DNA from: Nitrospirota bacterium
GTDB taxonomy: Bacteria > Nitrospirota > Nitrospiria > SBBL01 > JAADHI01
NCBI GenBank assembly: GCA_029261135.1
Contig: JAJDBX010000074.1
Coordinates: 92,235 to 156,234, forward strand
DNA: 64,000 nucleotides
Reading direction: 5' to 3'
Part shown: in pieces, positions 50,308-57,332 of the stretch
Layout of the letters: every line of letters begins with the position of its first letter
Numbering within the stretch: position 1 is the first letter of the stretch
Made by a program: the position numbers and the translations under genes
Notes under the pieces: generated by a model
What the model saw: only the letters and a program-made list of their open reading frames with translations
Databases searched by the model: none
Told to the model about the DNA's origin: nothing

Positions 50308-50949
50308 TCAACTGAACATCTTCTGTTTCATGAGAAGAAGATGGAGGATGGCTTCCTCAACGACCTGAACCTTGGTTTTATTTCCCATTGCCCATCCCAT
50401 TGAGGCAGAGAGGTCAATTACAAGCACGGTGGTTTCGGAGCGATGATGGAAACCGTTTGAGTTCCCGTTAGAGGAGAAGTGGGTAAGTGTATTGGTGAGT
50501 TCGCGGAGAGATTTTACCGGAACGAACTTGCCTCTATGTGTGGAAGCTGAAATTTTGCGGAGAGTTGATTCATCGAAGCTGTTCCCAAACCCGATGGTAT
50601 TGATATTAATATGGGATTTGTAAGCACGCTGAACCATAGGCCAAATTCCGCCAGGATTGACATTTGCTTCCCCATCTGAAAGAAGCCAGATCCTCCGCAA
50701 GATTCCACGTGGTGTTTTTTTGCACATCTCAATTCCAACGCGGAGTCCATCGGCGATATTTGTGCGACCCTTAACGTGTTTGTGGAGCCGTTGAGAACGT
50801 TCTTGCAGCCAATGCGCATGAGGCTCGGCAGGAAGAGCGATTTGAAATCCTTCTTCATTGAATCCAACGATGCTAATACGATCCGGTGCATGTACAACGT
50901 ACCGATGGTGTTGATTTGTTTTTTTGTTTTTAAATTTCAATCCAAACAT
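50308..50949 (-). CDS. von Willebrand factor A (vWA/MIDAS) domain protein with apparently permuted element order
   Basis: The track ORF runs to 51234. The ATG at 50949 (MFGLKF) has AAAGGAG 7 nt upstream. The middle of the domain is GRTNIADGLRVG, RRIWLLSDGEANV and ININTIGFG. The DxSxS start motif TTVLVIDLSASMG...KTKVQVVEEAILHLL lies at the extreme C-terminus. Confidence 0.7.
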   Translation of the reverse strand: MFGLKFKNKKTNQHHRYVVHAPDRISIVGFNEEGFQIALPAEPHAHWLQERSQRLHKHVKGRTNIADGLRVGIEMCKKTPRGILRRIWLLSDGEANVNPGGIWPMVQRAYKSHININTIGFGNSFDESTLRKISASTHRGKFVPVKSLRELTNTLTHFSSNGNSNGFHHRSETTVLVIDLSASMGWAMGNKTKVQVVEEAILHLLLMKQKMFS

Positions 50950-50968
50950 GATGTTCTCCTTTTTTGTG

Positions 50969-51011
50969 GAGTGAAGCAGAAACGGGCAGAAACCCCGTCT
51001 CTGCTTCACTC
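50969..51011 (-). promoter_or_regulatory. 18-bp RNA hairpin in the 71-nt spacer between the 88-aa gene and the vWA gene
   Basis: GAGTGAAGCAGAAACGGG (50969-50986) pairs with CCCGTCTCTGCTTCACTC (50994-51011) around a 7-nt loop. The single mismatch becomes a G-U pair only in the minus-strand transcript. No U-tract follows. Confidence 0.45.
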
Positions 51012-51020
51012 GGGAAATTG

Positions 51021-51287
51021 TTAATGATTGGTTCGAACGCCCCGCCACAGCTGAAATGGTCGTCTGTTTTGCCCGACGATCATCCCTTGACGGATGTTGC
51101 AGGCCCCGTGCGGACATGCGTAAATGAAGAGAAAGCCATACCTCTGGTGAGGTACCGTCCCAATGTGCATCATCCGACACGGGAGCAGGTGCTTCATCCC
51201 GTTGTTGCAGAGGAGGGAAAGGCTTTCCATCCACCTTGGTTTATTTATGTTTCTTTGGTACCCATTTTGTTTTTTGAATAGAGCCAT
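51021..51287 (-). CDS. small basic Cys/His-containing protein, unknown function
   Basis: 88 aa. Near-ideal SD AAAGGAGGTAATC-ATG. C27, C37, C58 and C63 plus several His residues. First gene of the minus-strand operon. Confidence 0.5.
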   Translation of the reverse strand: MALFKKQNGYQRNINKPRWMESLSLLCNNGMKHLLPCRMMHIGTVPHQRYGFLFIYACPHGACNIRQGMIVGQNRRPFQLWRGVRTNH

Positions 51288-51448
51288 GATTACCTCCTTT
51301 TTGGTTTTCAGATGATCTCGTTATCATCTTGTCCGAGCATAATCTGGTTCGTCTTATATTCTCAATTTGAATAAATTCATCTAAAATAATATCCATATGA
51401 AGGATTACTTTTAGAAAAAAATCCTGAGAAAGATATAAGAAGAAAATG

Positions 51449-51476
51449 TTTCAGGTGGAAATATTTCCACCTGAAA
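51449..51476. promoter_or_regulatory. perfect 28-bp palindrome in a divergent intergenic region (candidate operator)
   Basis: TTTCAGGTGGAAAT|ATTTCCACCTGAAA is a 14+14 palindrome with no spacer. It lies 80 nt upstream of the ECF S-component ATG and 162 nt upstream of the 88-aa gene ATG. Confidence 0.45.
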
Positions 51477-51555
51477 TGGTTCCAATTGCTCACCCGGGTA
51501 TTTGTTTTGTAAAGTAAGTTAAAAGGATTGCTGAGATATATTTCACATAGGAGGA

Positions 51556-52146
51556 ATGATCATGAAAAGTAACAAGAAAATGTCAACCGCTGTCGTTGTA
51601 TTGATCCCGATTGCGGTGGGGATTAACCTGATTGGGGGAGTTATCGTCAATGCCTTAAAATTGCCAATCTTTCTGGACTCAATCGGCACTCTCATTGTAG
51701 GGATACTTGCTGGACCGTGGATAGGGGCACTTACGGGAATATTGTTTAACTTTGCTGGCGCGGTGATTATTGACCCGGTCTGGGCGTGGTACGCACCGAC
51801 TTCAGCCGTGCTTGGATTTTTAGGCGGATTTTTGGCGTCAAAAGGATTTTTCAAACGAAAATTATATATAGTTGCGCTTGGCGGCGTGTTGGCAGCGGTG
51901 CTTGCAACCATAGTTTCCGCGCCGATTTCGGTGTATGTTTTTGGCGGTGTGGCAGCTCAGGGGCAAGGAGTTATTACAACGTTTCTTGTGGGCATAGGAA
52001 AAAACCTCATGGAAGCGGTTCTGACCGCAGGCATAGTTTCCAACTTGGCGGATAAGGTTATTGTTTACGCGCTGGTCGGAGCACTTTTTGCCAATATTCC
52101 CAAACGTTTCGTTTCTCTTTTTCCTTATGCTAAGAAAACACTTTAG
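51556..52146 (+). CDS. ECF transporter S (substrate-capture) component, substrate unknown
   Basis: 196 aa with a GGAGG SD. About 6 G/A/V/I-rich TM helices. First in an S-T-A-A' gene order. Confidence 0.65.
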   Translation: MIMKSNKKMSTAVVVLIPIAVGINLIGGVIVNALKLPIFLDSIGTLIVGILAGPWIGALTGILFNFAGAVIIDPVWAWYAPTSAVLGFLGGFLASKGFFKRKLYIVALGGVLAAVLATIVSAPISVYVFGGVAAQGQGVITTFLVGIGKNLMEAVLTAGIVSNLADKVIVYALVGALFANIPKRFVSLFPYAKKTL

Positions 52147-52163
52147 TGAGGATAGGGTAACAA

Positions 52164-52940
52164 ATGCAAAAAGGGTTTTATCAAAAAAAGGAAGGTATGC
52201 TGCACAAAATTCATCCGTTTACCAAAGCGGCTGTGGTTTTGTGGCTTGTTTTTACTTCTTTGCTTGTTGATCATCCTGTTTTTTCTATTGCCCTGTTTCT
52301 TGTATTTCTCCTTCCGTTAAGTGTTTTCTCTCGTATTGGTGGACTGCTTCTTAAATATTCTTTTGCTGTTACCATCCCTTTCTTTTTACTCCTTACGGTG
52401 CTGAACGGGTTTTTGTATCGTGGTGATGTGATATTGGAAGTCGGAAATTGGGTGCTGACTGAAGAAGGAGTTTTCGTTTCCCTTCGAATAGCGTCACGCA
52501 TCCTTATCTTCATCTCTGCCTTCCTACTCTACCTTATGAGTACTTCCGTATCTGCGCAGACTCAGGCAATTTTAGAAAAGGGGTTTTCACCAAAAATTGC
52601 CTACGTCCTGTCTGCAATTATTCTTTTTCTCCCCCTCATGCAGGAGAAAGTGGATATGATTTTGATAGCTCAACGGTCGCGCGGGGCAAAAATGGAAGGA
52701 ACGATATTAGAAAAATTGAAAGTCCTACCTTCTATTTTCACCCCTTTACTCCTCCAGTCCTTACTTGAGGTTGGAGAAAGGACGTTTGCGCTTGAAGTGA
52801 GGGGGTTTGACCGCGCGGAACCTCGTACCTTTATTTCAGACCTCAAAGACAGTGCCTTCCAACATTTACTCAGAACATTCTTGATATTTCTTGTTATTGT
52901 GGAGATAGGGTTATGGCTTTTCTTTCGATTCAAAACTTAA
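52164..52940 (+). CDS. ECF transporter transmembrane T component (EcfT/CbiQ family)
   Basis: 258 aa, polytopic. Conserved C-terminal AQRSRG...ALEVRGF coupling-helix motifs. Confidence 0.75.
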   Translation: MQKGFYQKKEGMLHKIHPFTKAAVVLWLVFTSLLVDHPVFSIALFLVFLLPLSVFSRIGGLLLKYSFAVTIPFFLLLTVLNGFLYRGDVILEVGNWVLTEEGVFVSLRIASRILIFISAFLLYLMSTSVSAQTQAILEKGFSPKIAYVLSAIILFLPLMQEKVDMILIAQRSRGAKMEGTILEKLKVLPSIFTPLLLQSLLEVGERTFALEVRGFDRAEPRTFISDLKDSAFQHLLRTFLIFLVIVEIGLWLFFRFKT

Positions 52941-53755
52941 GCTACAGCTACCAGGACGGGTCATGTGCCTTGAGAAATATTGATATGGCTTTAGAAAAAG
53001 GAAAGTTTTATCTGCTAACCGGACCAACAGGTGCGGGAAAAACCACGTTGTGTTTAGTGCTTTCTGGCATCATCCCTCATATTCTTTCGGGCGAAATGGA
53101 AGGCGAACTTCGTCTTGATTCACTTGGGTCATTCTCTCAACGCTTACCCTCTGAATTGATGGGGCATATCGGAATAGTTTTTGATAAGCCCATTACTCAA
53201 TTGTCGGGAATTGAAGAAACGGTGTTTGAGGAGATTGCGTTTGGTTTGGAAAATCTCGGTGTGCCTCAAAAACAGATGCACGAACGTATCGAATCAATAC
53301 TCACCGACTTACGTTTGCAATCACTTAAAGAGCGCTCCCCGTTTTCTTTATCAGGAGGCGAACAACAGAAAGTGGCGATTGCATCAATTCTCGTTATGAA
53401 CCCAAAAGTGCTTATCTTGGATGAGCCGATATCACAATTAGATCCTCGCGGAAGAAGAGAGATTCTACACCTTTTGGGAACACTGAAAGAAAGAGGAGTA
53501 ACCATTCTTTGCGTGGAACACAAAATTGAAGAGGTCAGTGAATATGCCGACTATGTTTTTGTAATGGATAAAGGACAAGTCATTCTTGAGGGAGTCCCAC
53601 AAGAAGTGTTTGCAAGTGATGTTTTAGATGAATATCAAATCGGGACATCCATATATACCAAAGTCGCAAAAGAAGCGGTGAAAAGCGGTATCGTCCCACT
53701 CGGAGATTCCTATCCTGTTACTTTTAATGAAGCAAAAATATGGTTTGCGAGATAG
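52913..53755 (+). CDS. ECF transporter ATPase (EcfA)
   Basis: 280 aa. Walker A GPTGAGKTT, signature LSGGEQQKVAIA and Walker B LILDEP. Confidence 0.85.
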   Translation: MAFLSIQNLSYSYQDGSCALRNIDMALEKGKFYLLTGPTGAGKTTLCLVLSGIIPHILSGEMEGELRLDSLGSFSQRLPSELMGHIGIVFDKPITQLSGIEETVFEEIAFGLENLGVPQKQMHERIESILTDLRLQSLKERSPFSLSGGEQQKVAIASILVMNPKVLILDEPISQLDPRGRREILHLLGTLKERGVTILCVEHKIEEVSEYADYVFVMDKGQVILEGVPQEVFASDVLDEYQIGTSIYTKVAKEAVKSGIVPLGDSYPVTFNEAKIWFAR

Positions 53756-54564
53756 GTATGGACATAGATATCAAAGATCTGTGGTTTTCATATGACCAAA
53801 GTCGGAATGTACTCAGCAATATCAATGTTCACATACGCAGAGGAGAAAAAGTAGCCATTATGGGAGAAAATGGCGCGGGAAAAACGACTCTGGTAAAGCA
53901 CCTCAACGGCATTTTGAAACCCAAAAAGGGAAGCATCATGATTGGGGATGTGGATGCCATATCATCCAGAGTTTCCATATTGAGCAGGCAGGTAGGGTTT
54001 GCCTTTCAGAACCCCGATTCTCAGCTTTTTGAAAAGTCCGTTTGGGCGGAATTGATATTTGGTCCTCGAAACATCGGCATGGATAAAAAAAAGATCCAAA
54101 GTATTGCCATGGAAATTCTTGACCTGCTTGAATTGAAAGACCAGAAAAACTTCCACCCTCATGATCTAGGGTTGCCTCAAAGGAAACTTCTTTCCATCGG
54201 ATCAGTATTGACTATGGATACGCCCATTGTTGTCTTGGATGAACCAACATTAGGGCAGGATTATCAAGGGAAGCAAGTTGTTTCCCACTTGATTAGGTGG
54301 CTTGAAAAGAAAAACAAAACCATTATTTCCATATCGCATGATATTGATTTCTGTTGTGATTACTTTAATCGTTTCCTCATTATGACGGCAGGTGAGATTG
54401 TTTTTGATGGAAATACAGAGAATTTATTACGCGAAGAAGATCTCCTGACCAAGGCTCATTTATCACTTCCTCACTTAACTCGCCTTAGTAATGCTCTTTG
54501 TTTCAATAAACCTGTTGCGAACATGCAGGCTTTTCTGGTAAATTTCCTGAAAATCAAGAATTAA
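53740..54564 (+). CDS. ECF transporter ATPase (EcfA')
   Basis: 274 aa. Walker A GENGAGKTT and Walker B VVLDEPTLGQD. An alternative ATG at 53758 (MDIDIK) lies 2 nt after the upstream stop. Confidence 0.85.
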   Translation: MVCEIGMDIDIKDLWFSYDQSRNVLSNINVHIRRGEKVAIMGENGAGKTTLVKHLNGILKPKKGSIMIGDVDAISSRVSILSRQVGFAFQNPDSQLFEKSVWAELIFGPRNIGMDKKKIQSIAMEILDLLELKDQKNFHPHDLGLPQRKLLSIGSVLTMDTPIVVLDEPTLGQDYQGKQVVSHLIRWLEKKNKTIISISHDIDFCCDYFNRFLIMTAGEIVFDGNTENLLREEDLLTKAHLSLPHLTRLSNALCFNKPVANMQAFLVNFLKIKN

Positions 54565-54652
54565 CTAATCTAAATCTCTACCTCTTCGTAATATTTTTCC
54601 CATCTCAATCTCCCTATTCTGAGCAGTTTCATATAAACGTGAGGATTTTTAT

Positions 54653-55216
54653 ATGGATAAACTTGTCGATCTTTTATACGAAATAGGGATACTTAAAAGA
54701 GTAAAGCGAAGCGGTTGGTGGATCGCGGGTGTGAAAGATCCCGAAACCGTGGCTGAACATTCATTTCGGGCAACAATTATCGGATATATGTTGGCAATGT
54801 TGGAAGGTATAGATTCTAACAAAGTTGTCAAAATGTGCCTCTTGCATGATATTGAGGAAAGCCGTCTTACTGATATTAACAAAATCACATCCGAATATAT
54901 TGACAAAAAACAGATGAAACAGGAGGCTATATATGACCAGGTTTCTGGTCTCCCTTCTCCTATAAAAGAAGAGTTTCTCAATCTGGTTGAGGAGTTTACC
55001 GAACAAAAGACTTCCGAAGCACAACTTGCCAGAGACGCTGATTTACTTGAATGCGCTATCCAGGCAAAGGAATATATCGAGTCAGGACATGAAAGTGCAC
55101 GGGACTGGATTGTAAATATCCGGGGCCTTCTGAAAAATGAAGTATCAAAAAATATGTTAAAAACCATTGAAGAGACCTCTTCTCAGCAGTGGTGGCAAGG
55201 ACTGAAAAAATTGTAG
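54653..55216 (+). CDS. HD_3-family phosphohydrolase (YfbR-like 5'-deoxynucleotidase family)
   Basis: 187 aa. Contains KRSGWWIAGVKDPETVAEHSFRA, LLHDIEESRLTDI and ARDADLLE. Confidence 0.75.
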   Translation: MDKLVDLLYEIGILKRVKRSGWWIAGVKDPETVAEHSFRATIIGYMLAMLEGIDSNKVVKMCLLHDIEESRLTDINKITSEYIDKKQMKQEAIYDQVSGLPSPIKEEFLNLVEEFTEQKTSEAQLARDADLLECAIQAKEYIESGHESARDWIVNIRGLLKNEVSKNMLKTIEETSSQQWWQGLKKL

Positions 55217-55224
55217 GAATCTTT

Positions 55225-56517
55225 ATGGTGGATACGGTTGTAAGCAAGCATGATAGGGAGGTTATCGATGCATTTTTGAGAAAGTGCTTTCCTGTGCTGT
55301 ATGACAAACTCAGGAATTCATTCGAATACCTTGAATTTAAACAAGGTGATCCACCAATATTATCATCAGGAAAGGAAAGCGATGGTAGCTTATACATTGT
55401 CTTTAAAGGACCGGTAGAGGTAAGGACTGACAAGCTTCATGTCCCTCTACATTGTGGCAATATTTTTGGGGAATTTGAAGAAATAGGAGAGCTGTATGAG
55501 GCTGATGTTATTGCGGGAAATAGCCAAAAAGATCCTGATATTGATTTTTTTCTTGAGTGGAATATACCTGAACTTGGAATAGGGAAAAGTAACAATGTCA
55601 TTGTAATAAAGGCAAGCCCGGATGTAATAAAAAAAATAAAAGAAGACATAATTTTCTGGCGGGAACTTTGTAAATTAAAAAGTCAAAAGATCAAACGCAT
55701 TCAATGGCATTATTTTATTCTTAGAGAGTCTGAAATAAAGGACAAATTAAAGAGCTTAATCAAATATTCCTCCGATTTAGGCGATCATGCTACAGGTATT
55801 ACAGATTGTGGTGATGGATGGAAGTTGGGCATTGGTATAAAAATATTGGCAAAATTTATAGGTGCAAAACACAAAAAAAGAACAGAAAAAATTATAGAAG
55901 ACGAATGGAAAGGTAAAATAGAGAATAGCTCAATTTTTATTCCGAAGGAAGCGATGAATCCTGTACCGGAAGGTTCAGTTATTTTGTCAGGTTCCTATTC
56001 TAGTAATCCATCAGTTTTTTTAAACGTACAACTTACAACACACAAAAATATTAATGCTGATGAAGACAAAATAACTTTTAAAACGCCAAAAATGAATAAA
56101 GATGGCTTTAAAGACCTTAACTGGTATCCAGAAGATATAGTCGCTATCTTTCCAAATGGTGGGTCAGGCTATAAGCCTATTGAATATAAAGGTAAGTGCA
56201 GTTACCTGAAAATACCGAAACATAGGAACGAAATCAGAGAACTTCTCCTGGCAAAAATTGGCATTTCTGGAGAAGTGATATTTTTATATCCCTGCCTTAA
56301 TGATGAGACAAGTTTGTCTGAATACAAGTGTGTAAAGGGCAGTCTTATTGATGAAGCAGAAGTTGAAAGTATGGCAGAGAATAAAAAAAAGAAGACAAAA
56401 AATATTTTCTCCTGGTTTGGAATATCAATAAAAACTTCATCTCAGCACTTTGCCTTTATTAATTTAATGAATGTCGATTATGTCATTTGCGATCAGAAAT
56501 TGTATCGAGCAAGGTAA
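55225..56517 (+). CDS. hypothetical protein with a possible N-terminal cNMP-binding-like barrel
   Basis: The track ORF starts at 55189, inside the HD gene. An ATG at 55225 lies 8 nt after the HD stop. LYIVFKGPVEVRTD...CGNIFGEFEE...ADVIAG weakly resembles a cyclic-nucleotide-binding fold. The rest is unrecognised, and the DNA is very AT-rich. Confidence 0.4.
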   Translation: MVDTVVSKHDREVIDAFLRKCFPVLYDKLRNSFEYLEFKQGDPPILSSGKESDGSLYIVFKGPVEVRTDKLHVPLHCGNIFGEFEEIGELYEADVIAGNSQKDPDIDFFLEWNIPELGIGKSNNVIVIKASPDVIKKIKEDIIFWRELCKLKSQKIKRIQWHYFILRESEIKDKLKSLIKYSSDLGDHATGITDCGDGWKLGIGIKILAKFIGAKHKKRTEKIIEDEWKGKIENSSIFIPKEAMNPVPEGSVILSGSYSSNPSVFLNVQLTTHKNINADEDKITFKTPKMNKDGFKDLNWYPEDIVAIFPNGGSGYKPIEYKGKCSYLKIPKHRNEIRELLLAKIGISGEVIFLYPCLNDETSLSEYKCVKGSLIDEAEVESMAENKKKKTKNIFSWFGISIKTSSQHFAFINLMNVDYVICDQKLYRAR

Positions 56518-56605
56518 GAAATTGAGTTTTTATATTAAAGTTTAAGGATTGATTCATATTCCCATTTCTCAATTAAGAAGACCATTGTCATTATTTAGTT
56601 ATAGT

Positions 56606-56645
56606 GCGAATAAAAAAGGGAGAAGATCAATCTTCTCCCTTTCAA
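56606..56645. terminator. bidirectional intrinsic terminator between convergent genes
   Basis: GGGAGAAGA (56618-56626) and TCTTCTCCC (56631-56639) flank a 4-nt loop. A-run upstream and T-run downstream, so the minus transcript ends UUUUUUAUU. Confidence 0.6.
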
Positions 56646-56664
56646 ATACAAGTAATGGTTTAGT

Positions 56665-57141
56665 TTAGTGTTTCTTTGATTCCGGCTTTGCTTCAAGACA
56701 AATTCTGTGAATATAGGGGACTGTCCTCATATCTATTACATCCTCAGGTTCTCCGTATTTTCTCAAAAAACGTTCGAGTAAAAGTAATCCACCACCACAG
56801 TTTGGTTTGATGATAACGCCATCCCTTCTTAAGCATTTCCTTTTTGTTGTTCTCTCATTAAACTCAATGAGATGATATTTCCCATCCCTCTTACTATCAC
56901 GTTCACCCAAGTATTCACTCTGTTTGAAGGCTAAAATATCAGATGCAAGACGGATACAATCTTTACATTGAGTCAAATGCCGCATCTCTCTTCTGTTAAG
57001 GTGTCGTCTGGATTTGTCATAGAGTATATCCACGATTTCCTCCGGGGAAAGATGAATTCTTACGATTGAGCTGAGAAATTCCTGGCTTTTAAATATTTCT
57101 TTGACATTCTCTTTCGAAAACATATTTTCATCAATAATCAT
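56665..57141 (-). CDS. hypothetical protein with an Hx3Cx2C (zinc anti-sigma-like) motif
   Basis: 158 aa with a GGAGAGG SD. Contains RHLTQCKDC, which fits Hx3Cx2C. No adjacent sigma factor. Confidence 0.4.
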   Translation of the reverse strand: MIIDENMFSKENVKEIFKSQEFLSSIVRIHLSPEEIVDILYDKSRRHLNRREMRHLTQCKDCIRLASDILAFKQSEYLGERDSKRDGKYHLIEFNERTTKRKCLRRDGVIIKPNCGGGLLLLERFLRKYGEPEDVIDMRTVPYIHRICLEAKPESKKH

Positions 57142-57287
57142 GGCACCTCTCCTTGTTAAGGGTTACATCTTCCCAAAAGCTCATTCTTTCGAGAAAATAG
57201 CCCTCAACAAAGAGGCGGTGAGAACATCATGTTTTTGTGAAAGTGCTTGAAGTTTTTTCAGCAAATCCCCTGAATAAATACTCCTAT

Positions 57288-57316
57288 ATAGTATATTAAA
57301 TATCGTATTTTGTCAA
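57288..57316 (-). promoter_or_regulatory. candidate sigma70-type promoter for the 158-aa gene
   Basis: On the minus strand: TTGACA (57316-57311), a 17-nt spacer, then TACTAT (57293-57288). Confidence 0.35.
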
Positions 57317-57332
57317 GTGTGAGTAGGGACAA

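Noticed and set aside
50950-51234. 95-codon N-terminal extension of the vWA ORF (MDGKPFPPLQQ...).
   Set aside because: The extension overlaps the 88-aa gene, which has a near-ideal AGGAGG SD, and it contains the 18-bp hairpin. An internal ATG at 50949 has its own AAAGGAG SD. Two separate genes fit better.
51400-51520. Possible TPP riboswitch upstream of the ECF S component (CUGAGA at ~51424 and ACCUGA at ~51469).
   Set aside because: The spacing between the two boxes is far too long. I could not build the P2/P4-P5 pairings, and the ACCUGA box is simply one arm of the perfect 28-bp palindrome. It is more likely a protein operator.
54649-55167. 172-aa minus-strand ORF antisense to the HD_3 gene. 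Similar antisense ORFs occur at 51543..51911 (ECF S gene), 36896..37276, 38057..38554 (chemoreceptor) and 40245..40610.
   Set aside because: Each lies fully inside a motif-supported gene on the other strand and has serine/cysteine-rich, non-protein-like composition.
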